A DNA stretch of 64,000 nt from Camelus ferus (lineage: Eukaryota). The stretch lies in assembly GCF_009834535.1 (NCBI RefSeq), contig NC_045697.1, forward strand, positions 70,558,001 through 70,622,000, given 5' to 3'. Of this stretch, positions 38,684 through 51,830 are shown piece by piece (position 1 is the first letter of the stretch; each line of letters starts with the position of its first letter). The position numbers were made by a program, and so were the translations under genes. The notes beneath the pieces are model-generated. The model did no database searches. It saw only the letters and a program-made list of their open reading frames with translations, and was not told where the DNA came from.

Positions 38684-39919
38684 TTAGCTCTTTGTGCTTT
38701 TAAACTTGCATTTTCCTGATTACTAAATGATATTGAGTATCATTTCATGTGCATATTGAAAAATTATATATCCTTTTTTGTGAATTTTCTTAATTTTTTT
38801 TTCTGATTTTCAGTGGATTGACTTCTTAAGTTTTTTGAGTTCCCTATACGTCCTAGATCCAAGCCATTTGTCAGACATACATAATGTAAATATTTTCTCC
38901 TATTCTTTGACTTTGCCTTTTCAGTTTATTAATGTCAATTTGAAGAGCAGAATTTTTAGTTTTGATAAAGTTCAACTTAACATGTTGTCTTTAGTTATGG
39001 CTTTTTGTATATGTTATGGATCTGGATTTAATGTTTATATAAGGCAAGTGTTATAGATCTGAATTTAATGTTTAAGTTTACAATACATTTAGAGTTGTTT
39101 TTGTGTGTGGTATAAGGTAAGGGTTGAACTTTGCTTTTTTCATATATCAATTCCAAAACAATTTGTTGATAAAACTGTTCTTTCTCCATTGAATTAATAT
39201 GGCACCCTTGTCAAAAATCAGTTGATTCATGAGTATATGGGGGAAAAACATACGTTTAATTCTTTCTATAACCTCTCTTTTGTTCCAATGATTAACTTTT
39301 ATTCTTAGGTCAATACTAAACTGTCTTGATTACAGTAGCTTCAAGTAAGTCTTTAAAATCCAATAGTATGAGTCCTTCAAATTTGTGCTTAAAACATGTT
39401 TTAGTTATTCTAAGTCCACTTTATTTCCATGTAAACATTGGAATCACTTTTCAATTTCTACAAAGAGGAAAACTAGATCTGGCCTGAAACTGTAATAAAT
39501 TCATAGATCAATTTGAATAAAACTGGCATCTTAATAATACTGAGTCTTTTAATCCATGATACAGTATTCTTTAATTCCTCTTAGAAGTTTGACAGTTTTA
39601 AGTGTACAGGGAGTGAATGTATTGTAAAATTCACCCCTCAGAGTTTTATATTTGCTAGCATTATTGTAAATGGTATCTTTTTTCTAATCTTCATTTTTTG
39701 GTTACTGAATAAATCAGTTGATTCTATATATTGATCTTATGTTCAGCAACTATAACAACTTATTAATTTGGGGGCTTTTTGTGGATTTCGTAGGATTTAT
39801 GCATGATTTTGTCATCTTTGTTTATACTGGGATGATAAAATGGTTTCTGTTTTAACTACAGCCAGGAGCATAATGCTTCACCCCTTTTTATAGATAAGTA
39901 AACTAAGATCAGAAAGACT

Positions 39920-40180
39920 AAGAGTATAGTTATAAAGAACAGGAATTTGGAACTTAGGTTGGAATCCAAATTTTAACTCTTCACTAGTTATACAAACTTG
40001 GGGAAGTTATTTAATTTTCTGTCATGGTTTCCGTATCTCTAAAATGAATCTGCTGCTGCTGCAGATGATACATATAATGATGTAATATTACAAATTATAT
40101 CTTACTATTGTTGTTATATTAACCGACATGATACATATGCAGTGCCTGGTACAGAGTGAGTCTTGGATATGATGTCAGCT
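39920..40180 (+). mobile_element. MIR SINE
   Basis: cactagttatacaaacttggggaagttatttaatttt...tttccgtatctctaaaatg...cagtgcctggtacagagtgag. Confidence 0.7.
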
Positions 40181-41584
40181 AACTAGTGATATTATCCATA
40201 ATCACTTTGGTAGAATTCTGACTTCAAGTTCAGGAATGTAATATTAGTGAACAAGATAAATGTTTTTCCATTATTTATCAAAACTAAATTTTTTCCTTTA
40301 TGTGTAGTTTACTGTATAGGAACCATACCATAGTAATGGTGTTTAAAAAAATGTATCCTGAACAGGAAAAGAGGTGTATTCTGGCCCATAGGACAAATCC
40401 CCTTGAAGAGAAGACAAAATATACTCATGAGAACTTGAGAAGTCTTGTTTGTGTTTGTGGAGAAATTCTGACAGGGAGATCTGTGGATAATCCATTACAA
40501 ATTCTCAATTCAGAGTATCTATTATTTAATTAATCACTGTGATGGATATCTTCAACACTAGGTAATAATGAACAAATTCATAGTACTGAGACAGTCACTC
40601 AAAACATAACTGTTAAAGGACTTACCCACTTTTCTTTTTAGAACCCCATAAAATCTTGAATGATCACAAATAGGGCTCAATGGAGAAAAATCAGGAAAAG
40701 CTAGCATGTTCATTGTTGAAGGTTTGCCAATGTCCTAAGTTGATCCTTAAGAACGTAAGTGTGACAGGTAGACAAGAAATAAGACACAGATTTGTCAGAT
40801 ATGGAAGGGAAGATTTCAGCTCAGCAAGGGGAATTTAGAAACCTTTCTCTGCTGGCTGAGCACAACCAATGTGTCAGCCAGTAACATCCGATTACACTCA
40901 GATGACAACAGTGCCGGTTAATTAGCTCTTGTTTACGTTTTGACTGTTGCAGACTTAAATTATATTCGTATTGTCATACAGAACAAACACCTAGAAACGT
41001 TTGCCCTTGATCTAAACACATCCTTTCCTTTTGCAGTGACACTTGAACTACATGTGAGAACAAAAAATTTTAAGAAGTCAGGCATAAAAGGTAGATCATC
41101 TAAATCAGATAATTAAAAACAAATCTGATTAATGATAATTTTGGCTTGAAAACCAAGTACCCTGTTTCAAGAGAAGTTCAGGTTGACAAAAAATGCAGAC
41201 ATTACCTCTGAAACTGACAATACAAAATGCCATGAATATCTCTGCAGATTCTTCAATCCTCTCATCACTTTGACTTTTTAAAGATTTAATACTAATGAAG
41301 TATAAAGCATTCTTTATGTGTAATTCTTGAACTAGAATGAATTTCATTCTCTCATTACGATTAAAAAGCTTTACCTCATCCTGATCCTTGTAAATTTTCT
41401 TCCAACAATGCTTATGAAAGGTCAAGAAAGTGTTTTTCTTTTTTTTTTAGGAAGCTAGAGTAACGTATCATTCGTAGTAATTTAAATGGCAGAAGAGTTT
41501 GTATTTCTGCAGTACATCCTGGGTAGCAGGGCTGCTGCTGAGGTGCTCAGTAAAGCATTCTAGGGGTGCTGGAATATTGTCCTT

Positions 41585-41744
41585 ATTTTATTTTTTTAAA
41601 AATATTCTGAGGGGGAGGTAATTAGTTTTATTCATTCATTCATTTTTGTTGATAGAGGTCCTGGGGGTTGAACCCAGGGCCTCGTGCTTGCTAAGCATAC
41701 ATTCTACCTTCTACCCCTGAGCTATACTGTCCCCCTCATCCCCA
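41585..41744 (-). mobile_element. Vic-1-like SINE (long-tail form, more diverged)
   Basis: gaggtcctgggggttgaacccagggcctcgtgcttgctaagc...tgagctatac; gggggaggtaattag tail; decayed TSD ggaatattgtcctt/ggatattttcctt; internal ttctacc duplication. Confidence 0.85.
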
Positions 41745-43429
41745 GGATATTTTCCTTTTGAAGATCAGTGTTCCATGGTTGGCATGCTCTAGACACTGTT
41801 GCACTCATTTAAAGGCTTCTAGGTTAGAATTAAGCATGGGCAAAGCATCTCTCCAGGGAAAGTGTATGTACTGGAGATCCTTGCTTTTTTCTCTACCCTA
41901 TTGCTTTTCTATTTTTTTTCTACTCCCATCTTTCTTCTCCAAATACCATAAAGAGACACCAGTCAGAAGTATAAATATGCTTGCTTGGTGTCCTTGATTA
42001 GAAATGGTCCAGACATCAGGGAGCAAAAACCAAAATTTATATAATCCTCAATGCTGACCGTTTTCAAAATAGATTGCAACAAAGTAAACTGTAAAACATA
42101 ATTTTAAACATAACCTTCTGTCTCCAACATGCTGCCCTCGTATCACTAAGATAGTTTAACATCGAAATCAGCTTAGGTAATCATAAATCATAAACGTTAA
42201 AGAGCTGCCCCTGGCAGCTTGTTAGTTCCACAGCTTACCACAGAACTTCAACCAACATGACATTTGATCCCAAGTGTCCAAGGAGTGGTCAAGGTTGATC
42301 AGTCAGCTTTCAACAGAAGAATTTGCCCCTGATGGAGTGGTAACTATAATCATATGGTATTTTTAGGAAAGTGATACACTGGAAAATAATATCACAATTA
42401 TGTATTTATGAAATGTTGGTTTCTACAAACTGGAGATTTAACAATGATGTCTAGAACAAATCATTACATTTCTAAAAGAAATAAAAAATGCACAGAGATA
42501 GTATCAATCAAATGGATTCTGAAAAATCTCAGTCCTGTTATCTTCTTAATGAATGCAGTACAGTGTCACAAATGCCCTTACATCCTTGTCACACAGTGTG
42601 AATTGCAAATAGAAAGACCAAAGAAATGTTCAATTGACTTCCCCTGAATAAGGCCTGATATGTGAATCCTTTGTCCCTTTCTCACTTACTAGATGCCTTT
42701 CAGAGTAAGTTCTCATAGTCTAATAATCAACCCCAAAATATTCATAATGAAGGGAAGACAATACTATTGCCATTTTCACAGTCACATTATGATATTTTTA
42801 GTGTATTGAGTACAGTAATTATTTATTAAAAGTAACACATGAAAGTATGAATAAAATATCTTTATGTACAAAGGAGGATTTTGACCTGGTATTTAATAAT
42901 ACACTCGCAAATTTCCCCTACATTAGTGGAAAACAATAAATACAAACATTAGCTAATATAAGAACACCGAGAAAGTGGGAACGTCTCCATGAATAAAAAC
43001 TGTTGGTTCTGGAAACTTTAAACTCAAGGGACAGCCATTTCATCAGTGAAGCCATCGGCCTGGGCTGTCAGGTTAACTGCTCACAGACGCCCCTCCTAAA
43101 ATTCATTCTCCTAGGATTGTTCCTGTAAAATGTGCTAAGGTGCTTTTCCACATCTCAGAGGACAGGAGAGGCCCAGGATTCTTTTTGATTCCATCAGATT
43201 ATTGTGTGTCATCTAGTTTATGGGGACAGGTGACAGATGCAGACTGGCGAGCAGGACTGAGAGTCAGGATTGATTCCACAGGGCTTTCTCCCTTTCTACC
43301 CCTGGAGCCCAGAAGCTGAAGATTAAGCCTGTTGGGGGGGAAACAGAACAGTTCAGATTCCAAGAAAGTGAAGCAGCAGCAGAGATGCTGGGCGAGATTG
43401 TCTCTTGATAAGAAAGATTAGTGACTAGC

Positions 43430-43940
43430 TGAAGTTTTCCCACTTAGTAGAGTCACTTGAATGTCCCAGAAGCACTTCAACCTCAACAAGTCTGAAAGGA
43501 AACCACGACACTGCCTCCCAAACCTGTTCCCTCTCACTCTGTGATTCCAGTCTTTGCTGTTATCTCCGTGATCCATCCAGGCACTCGACCTGGAAGTGTG
43601 GGCATTACCTATACCCCTGACAGTCCTCATTCCCCAATGTCTACATTCATGCAATCAGCACCTCTGGAGAACTGTATCTTCCAGACATTTCTCTGTTCAA
43701 TTCTGCCTCTTCATCTCTCTCCCACTGTACCTGCAGACCTGGTGAAGCCCTCATCCTTTTTCTGGGGTATATTGCAATAGTCTTTTGTCTTCTCTGCTTC
43801 CGATCTTAACTCCTCTTGAATGAATCTTCCACATTAAATATTCAGTGATGTGCCTCGAGCACACATCTCATCATACCCCACTTTTGATGAAAGCCCTTCA
43901 CTGTTTCTTATCACCAGTGGGGCATCATTTGAGGTCTGTT
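43430..43940 (+). mobile_element. L2 LINE fragment
   Basis: cacttgaatgtcccagaagcacttcaacctcaacaagtctgaa...ccatccaggcactcgacctggaag. Confidence 0.7.
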
Positions 43941-45356
43941 GCTCAGGGTGACATTGTGAGTAATTATTTCTTGGCAACTTTCATGCTTTGCTGCTGTGTA
44001 CTTATCATGAAGAAGAGTGAGCAGGCAGCTTTCCACTTCTCCACAGGATGGAGAGCCAGGGCTTTGGTTTATGACTTCAGGTTTCCTTGTTTGCAGGACA
44101 GAAACATCATTCTCTGCAGGTCCAAAAAGGAGCAGGAGAGGGAAGCTTCTGTGTCTCAAGTGGGGAGGGCAGTGGTCCACTGTGGCAGGGGGAGGATGCT
44201 GTGGTGCTGCTGATGGCAGTGCTGGTGGTCTGCCGGAGTCTGGGAGGAGGAGGATGCTGGGGTGAGGGTGGGCAGTGGGACCAGGGTCGAGACCTGCATG
44301 TTGCTCCCTCGCAGCGTGGTTGGTGGAGGCAGGTCCTTCGGGAGGGATGGTTGCACTGCTGCCTTACATGGGGCAGACCTGGACATGGGCTGCTGTGGCT
44401 TGGGGTCAGTTTGAAGACTAGAGAGTTGGACATGGGATTTACATCAAGACTTAGGCTGTGGAAAAGACTACTAAGTGGGATATTTCTAATGTCCCCCCAG
44501 AGCATCTGTGGCTGACAGGTGGTCCAGCACAGGCCAGAGCATGGGGTAGCTCTAGAAGGAGAGCAATGATTGCAAGGATGGCTGTGAAACAGTCCCCACT
44601 CTTAAATTCTGGACTTATTTCCTGGGTGCATTTTACACTCAAGGTCAGAGAGCCTTCCAAAATGAATAAATGGCTTCTTGATGGCATTAATAAAAAGGAA
44701 AGAATCTGATTTTATTCTGCTTAGAAAAAGAAAATATTTCATTCTCACCACATGAAGTCCTTTCTGATTTAGCTTAGCACAGGAAGCAAGACCTCCCACT
44801 ATGTGGAGCCCGCAACTGCTTTGGCCCCACCGCCCAGCCCTTCTGGCCTTGAAATACATCTTCCAGGCCCAAGCTTCCCGTTATCTGAGGTGAAGGACCA
44901 GGGTGGTTTTCAAAAATTTCTAATCAGCTGCAAACTGATATTTTTTAAAAATACAATAACATGAATAAAATTTTGAAGCGATATCAGATTGCTATCCCAA
45001 TTTGAAATGCTTACACTCAGTTTCTGCACTTAATTTCCTTGCGAAACAGAATCACGGTTCACTGACTCTGCAGCAGATGTGTACACACAGCTCCTGGCTA
45101 ACCAGTTACTCGTGATTTTTTTCATATACCATGCAGTCTCACAGTTCTTTGCCTTTACACATGCCATTCTCTTTTTTTCTTATCCTGTAAGTCTCAACTC
45201 AAATACCGTCTTTGAGAAATTTGCCATTAAACTTCAATGGCTGTCTTTACATACCACTATCTTATTACTTACCATATTCTATTAAAATGATCTTATTTGT
45301 CTTTCTCTTCACTCCTCTAAGCATTGTGGGGACAGTATCCATGTCACATCCCTCTT

Positions 45357-45630
45357 TTTTTAATTTTTAGTTTGAGTTATTTATTTATTGAAGTATAGTC
45401 AGTTTACAATGTTGCATCCGTTTCTGGAGTACAGCATAATAGTTCAGTCATTCACATACATACATATATTTGTTTTCACATTCTTTTCCATTATAGGTTA
45501 CTATAAGATATTGAATATAGTTCCCTGTGCTCTACAGTAGAACCTTGTTGTTTATCTATTTTACACATAGTAGTTAGTATCTGCAAATCTCAAAGTCCCA
45601 ATTTATCCCTTCCCATCCCCTTTCCCACCT
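45357..45630 (-). mobile_element. Younger artiodactyl-type L1 3' end (5' truncated)
   Basis: attgaagtatagtcagtttacaatgttg...gaatatagttccctgtgctctacagtag; perfect 10-bp TSD catccctctt at 45347-45356 and 45631-45640; same family as 19570-20006. Confidence 0.9.
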
Positions 45631-46719
45631 CATCCCTCTTAATACTTGGCCTAGTATCTGCAAGGAGCGAGATCTCTGTCACTTTTTCTTCCAACGGAAC
45701 CATAATCGTCTGTGGGTGAGTTTCCAAGTGAAGTTAAGAGTTTGCAGCATCGATCAGCTAGGTAAACATCTAGATTTGTTGAGCAGGATAATGCTCATGA
45801 TGAATATTGCATCAATCATTTTTTTGCAAGATCGGAAACCAATATAGGAACAAACTGGAGTTTTCATCAGCGTGTACTCTACACTGATAATCTTCCTCAA
45901 GAAATGGATTTTGCTTGCTTCATTAGTGATTTTATTTATTAGTTGATAGTTTCAATTTGAATCTCCATACCAGTATCAGCGTTTGCTCTCTTTCAGACAT
46001 TATAATCTCTAAAATTCAGTGTATTGGCTTCAATAATAATAGAGAACTTTATGGTCACTGAATCTCTCACAACCCTAACATTTTATAAATTTATAATTCT
46101 TCTAAAAAATTAATGGTCACTTTAACAATAAAGTATCATGTTAGCTTCATTAACCATACTGACAACACTTTATAAACAAAAGAGCACAGTGGTCTTAGGA
46201 GAAAAGATCATTCTGTCCTCATTATATAGATGTGAAACCCAGTGCAAAGCATTGCTAAGAAATGCGTTCAGGGTCATGCATTAGGATCAAAAAATAAATC
46301 TCTTTTTACTTATGATGTTGTCTTTTCAGCCCTCATTATTTCATTTTAAAATGTAAGAAAAATAATTGAAAAACGAGTTAAGTTCTTCTGGAAGTTTACA
46401 AAGATGCTTTTAGATTATCAAGGGTATCATTTAGAAAATAATGGAAGTACAGTGAATTGTACCTGGGAGAAAAATAGAAGTGGGTAACGTTTCACTTTGT
46501 TAAGGGTCTGTGGGATGAGACTTTCATACAAGCCAGTGGTCTTGCTGCCCCTTGGTTTTTCATTGAGCTGAAGCGCCCTTCCTTACTTCCTAAGCTGTCA
46601 GGTGGCTTGGAACAGGGCTGACCCAGATGTACCAGGTCCCCTCCCTTCTACAGCCCAAATTAGTCTCAGAACATTCAAATGGCTTTCTGTTTAGTCCTAA
46701 AATTGTACCCCCTTCCACA

Positions 46720-47500
46720 TTTAACGTTATCTTAGACATGTTTACACGTAATTAAAATTGTCTCAAGAATTACTTTTGTTGGTTGTATAATGTCATCGAT
46801 TGGCTGAAACATAATTTATTTGAAATTTCCATACCATTAGACATGCTGTTTCTAAATGTTTGCTACCGTTCCTTGTATTTTAATCTTTAATCACATTCAA
46901 ATAATTTCCTTATGAAAATTTCCTAAAAGTGAAGTTACTAGCTGACAAATGTGAATATTTTAAGTCCCTTAGTTAGTATTACCAAACAGCTCTTCAGAAA
47001 GATTAATCCAATTTATATTTTCAAATGCAGCATATGAAATATTTGCTTCACCAGTATTATTTTTTAAAAATAAAAGAAAGAAAGCTCAAGTAAATTGAAG
47101 GTTATAACTTTTTTGGTCTTAATTCACATTTTGACTAGTAATAGTATGGGACCTCTTCTCTACTTTTATATTACTATTTCTATTTCATCCTCTATGAATT
47201 GTCAGCTCATTTTTAAATTTTCCAATTCGTATAAATGTCTTTGTATATTTAGGATATTAATTAGTTGGCCTCATATTTATGACAAACATTTCCCCAATTT
47301 ATAATTTGTAATTTTATTTAGGATAAGTTTTTTTAATGTTTGGAAGTTTTAAGTCATGATGTGGTAGAATTCCTGCTTTTACCGTTAAATTTTCTTATAT
47401 TGTTTCGTGTTTTGAAAATTCTTAATCAGACGTGTAATAAAATCTAACTGATCTTCTTTCTGTTTTTTTACATGCAGTTCTTAATACATTTTCCCTATAT
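46720..47500 (-). mobile_element. Old L1 (L1ME-like) fragment
   Basis: atttcctaaaagtgaagttactag...taccaaacagctcttcagaaagattaatccaattta...aaacatttcccca. Confidence 0.65.
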
Positions 47501-49545
47501 AGGTATCATTAGCTAATGTCCTCACTTTCACACTCATTATTACCCGGTTTGTTCAGACCACTTGTTGGCATCAATAAGAAAAGTATGTGCTTGCCTGCTC
47601 TACATTTTCACGGAGAAATTCTGGCCTCAGCAGAAGCTCTATGTAATCAAATCAATTCCTTTAGCTATGTTATCCTTGTCACTCCTTGTTATAAGAGAAT
47701 TAATTTCAGAAGAAGATAACAGACTATTTGCATTGTAAATGGGCACAAATATGTGTAAAAATACATACAGCTAATATATCTCTAATCTTTGATTCCAGTG
47801 GCCTTCAAAACATAACACAAGTTCTTTTTGCACTAATAGGCATTTTGAGGGTGCCATCAGCTACTAGCTGGGACCAAAGTGAGTTATACAGGAAAAGTTT
47901 AAGCTAAAATAATCATTTTTTTATTCTCAAGAAATCATGGTCCCTAAATTATAGCAATAAATCTACAGTGAAAGGATAATATTTTCTGAAGCTCCTATCA
48001 ACCTTCCTCCTGTGGACATAAAAGTCTCAGAGATTTTAGAACTAGTTTGATGAATTGCATCAATCATGTCCAGATAGCTGTAAATTTTTTTCTCTAATTA
48101 TTTTCTTATTTCTTGTGTCTGATTTCATGTTCTCACTAGACAAAGCTTTGCAGCGAGGGCAAGGATCATAGATGAAAAGTATTTTGGAATTCCTGTCTGC
48201 ACTGCCAAATTACATTAAATATAATATTCTGCACAAAATAGATGATCATTATATGAAGCAGTAAGCATTAAATACATCTAAAAATTTCTACTGAGATGAA
48301 AATTTTAAACATGAGTGAATGTTTCTATCAGGGTTTGCTGTTGAGTACAGATCCAAAGACTTCTCAACTTTGTTTTCTCAACTTCTAGTTCTGATAAATA
48401 CGTTCCTACTTATCCTGAATTTCTGAGTTGATATCTGATTTCTAGCTGATAACCTAGAAAGCAATTACTCACTGGTTACTACATTTAAAGTACAGTGGTT
48501 GCTAAGAGAAATATATTGAAAAAGGGTGAGACAAATAGGCAATAGAACTGACAGATGTCAAATGTGCTTCTTCCCATTACTTTCTGATATTTACCCTTCA
48601 GAACATCGTTATATAATTCCACAATTACTCAGAAAGGCAACAGAAGCAATTTGCCTCTGCAAATCAAAAGACATGAAATCAGACACTAGGAATATTTTTT
48701 TAAAGTACAAAAGCTGAAAGGAAAGGGAGTTGGAGGAAAATTCATTTTGTCCTCGTCTCCTATACAACTCTTCTTTCTTTCTCTTTCCAACTGAACAGAA
48801 GACTTTGTCTTTCTCCAAATTGGACAATTAGTCACTAAGATTTGAGCATTCTGATCATCTAGAAAGCATCCTTGTACCAACCACAGGGTTGCAAAGAAAC
48901 CATAGCTGGTATGGAAGGAGGCTTTCCATGCACTAGGGAGGGCTGAACCACAAGTCTCCATGAATTTCTCAAACTTCTCTGCTTCTTGACTCTTGCATCT
49001 GAGAGTCCTTTGCAAAAGGACAGGCAAACTTCCCGATTCCTCTCATCCTAACCCACCCCTTGCTGGCTGGAGAAGGATGAAATTCTGACACTGATGCATA
49101 TGTCTGGATGACACACACCCCTTTGTCTGTGTCTCCGCTCCTTGTCAGAGAAGTGTGGCTGGCATCACTTACTCAACAGACACTCGCTGAGTATCGGTGA
49201 CAGCGCTGCATTAGTGCTGGGAAGTAGGCGTGGGCAGTGGACATAGCAGTGATATTCCTCCCACTGGACACTACCCAGCATGACTACCATTGTGGTCAGG
49301 CCAATTCTTGGCATATACCTATTTATTTGTTCTTTTGCCTTTTTACTATTAGTTGCCAAAGGCTACATTTTCCTGCAGGTTCTAAAAATTACCAAACGCT
49401 AATTGGGAGGGCACTTATTCAATGCTTCTTGTGAAAACTAAATTAAAGTCGGAAGGAAATTTTCTTACCCAATTCTAGGAAAGCAAAAGACAATCGCATG
49501 CTGAGCTGGGAAGGGTAATTCCCGCAGGCCTGAAATTGGCCTGAC

Positions 49546-50098
49546 TGTTGTACTGAAATAAGACATGCACCTACATTGCACTGACTCCTGGTCAAAGTGT
49601 GGAACCTGCAGAATAACAGTTGCTGCAGAAAACCAGTATCCCAAGTTTTGAGCAGTTTTAATTATTTATTGATCAGCAATAATTGTAATGAGATTGATCA
49701 CTTTGCATCTGCTCTCACTGAGACACCTGGAGGGCTCTGTCACTCATGCAGTTATATAGCTGGAATATGCCTATGTGACTATCTGGGTACAAGAAACCCT
49801 AGTGGAGAGCGTACATTGGATCACCTTGTTTGAGGTACTCTGTGCACACACCCATGGTTCCCGGTCCCAGAGAGAGAGCACATCCCAGTACGGTCCTTAG
49901 CGGGGAGGACAACTGGCCCTCCTACCTGGCATCCCTGGACCCCTCGCCCCGAGCCAGCCTTTGGCTGTGACACACATCCTTACTTTAATGCAGCTGCTGC
50001 ATCATACTCTCTTCCTGCAATAAACTGCAAGTTTGTCAGCACTGACATTTTGGGTCCTGCGAGTCTTCCTCAGCAACAGAACCCTGTCTAACTGCCAC
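49546..50098 (+). mobile_element. Solo LTR (MER21/MER77/MER68-like)
   Basis: Starts TGttg; tgcctatgtgac, ggaggacaactgg, AATAAA near 50019, then gtcctgcgagtcttcctcagcaa typical of this LTR group; subfamily uncertain. Confidence 0.6.
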
Positions 50099-51689
50099 TG
50101 TTAGTTAGTGTGTGTACTGACCCAGGCAGAGGCAAACTGCATCTGTGAGAAAACATTACCAACAGGAAGAAAGAGCGAACTGTATCATTCCTGAGGTAGG
50201 CAGGGCAACTGGAAGAATCTGCTACAGCCCCCAAGACACTCATTTCTCTGGCAAGTCTTAGAGTTTGTTTTTCAGACAAATGGAAAATGATGGTTTCACT
50301 GACACAAGCCATTAACTTTTCAGCTTTTAAAATCTTTAAAAAATAATCTGAGCTGCAGCAAGCTAACAAAACAGATATTAATGAGCATCTCAGTGAATGA
50401 AATTAGAAAACTTACATATTTATTGCCCAGGTGTGGGGAGGATTCATCAAGCTGTCAGTTCTTGGTTTTTCCTTGTGCTGAATGCTCACCTAAAAGCAGA
50501 AGATACATTTGGATCTATAAGCTCAGAGAGTGAATAAGGATGAAAATAAAGTTTCTTGGCTTGTTTTTTGTTTTTCAACGGAAGTCTAATTTTCCTTCCA
50601 GAATGTCATTAGAACCGCAGTTTACGTCTTGGTATTGCCTGGAAATTGTTCACCAAGATTTATGAGCTTTTTTCAGCCATTGTTTGTTTTCACTCTAGAG
50701 GAGCAATGCTTACTCACTCCCTGGGAGTAGGGGGTGTGAGTTGGGAGGTGAAAACAAGGGAGGCCCCTAGGGAATGAGTTATTGACTTTTGCTTGTTCTA
50801 GGAGCTGGCTCTGCCTAAGCAGAGCTATGTCATATATTGGAAGTGCCATTTTATCAGGAAGACGTTCTAGGCACCTCTGTTGAATTAATTCAGTGAGAGT
50901 TTCGTGAAAATAAATGTATAGGTCAACACAAATACTTTGGTGACATACAAAACAGCCCAGGGACCATTACAATAACAGCTATTCCATCATCCAATCTAAA
51001 GATAAATATTAACTGAGGATGATGGGAAGCTGGGAGACCCCAAGCATTCTTCCATTCTCCTGGATTTGTGGTCACAGCATTTCCCATTACCTGTGTCTTT
51101 CAGGTAGATTCAAGTATCAACATCAGCCACATGATATAAAAACATCAGGGGTCAAAGTCTCCAGCTTTGAGAATAAATGTCATCGTTTTGCTCCAGCTTT
51201 TATCTGCCAGTTAGGAAACCAGTCTTCTGGGGACTCCACTGATCTCACCTATCACCTGCATGGTCCTGGCGATACTAAGCAGTGCTGGAGACCTGTGAGG
51301 ACAACCCCAGGACTCCCCTTCAAGAGCTCCTTAGGTCTTGTGCCCTGAGGAATGCCAAGCACGGAGCACAGCCCTCACAGCCCCTGCCCCAGCACAGCCC
51401 TCTGCTCACTATTGTGTATTTTGCAAAAGGCACAGCACCTCCTGGAATCCATGGCTGTAAAGTACAGGAATGAGAAGTAAAAAAAAAAAAAAAAAAAGAG
51501 AGAAAGAAAGAAATATTTATTGAACCGCTTCTGTCTGCCAGAAGTCATGCAAAGCAAACCATATGAAAATCATTACAATTCTTAATATCTCCCTTAATAT
51601 CTTCTAAAGTCTGTCTAACTGGGAACAGAAAATGTGGAAAGATTCAAAAATCATAAGATTCCAATAAGAGTTACAATAATGATACATGG

Positions 51690-51830
51690 TAAAAGCAAGC
51701 AAAATACATATAGGCGTAGAACAAAACAACTGGAAGGAAATACACCAAATGCCAATACTGATCCTATCACGGTTGTCTCTCATATGTAATTTTTAATTCT
51801 ATTCTCTATTTTTCTTTATTCTCCCTTATG
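51690..51830 (+). mobile_element. L1ME-like 3' UTR fragment
   Basis: actggaaggaaatacaccaaa motif. Confidence 0.5.

Larger units (their letters stand above)
37713..39820 (-). mobile_element. L1MB-like LINE, ~2 kb 3' portion carrying two Vic-1 insertions
   Basis: Antisense 3' UTR (catccatgtaaccaacaccataatcaa) running into ORF2 (tccattgaattaatatggcacccttgtcaaaaatcagttg; ctgtcttgattacagtagctt). Confidence 0.9.

Noticed and set aside
43845..44709. Cluster of overlapping ORFs on both strands
   Set aside because: Explained by G-rich, stop-poor composition; no homology recognised.
45797..45887. ATGATGA...CTGA at snoRNA-like spacing
   Set aside because: No terminal stem, no recognisable rRNA/snRNA antisense guide, and the D-like box sits in a local hairpin.
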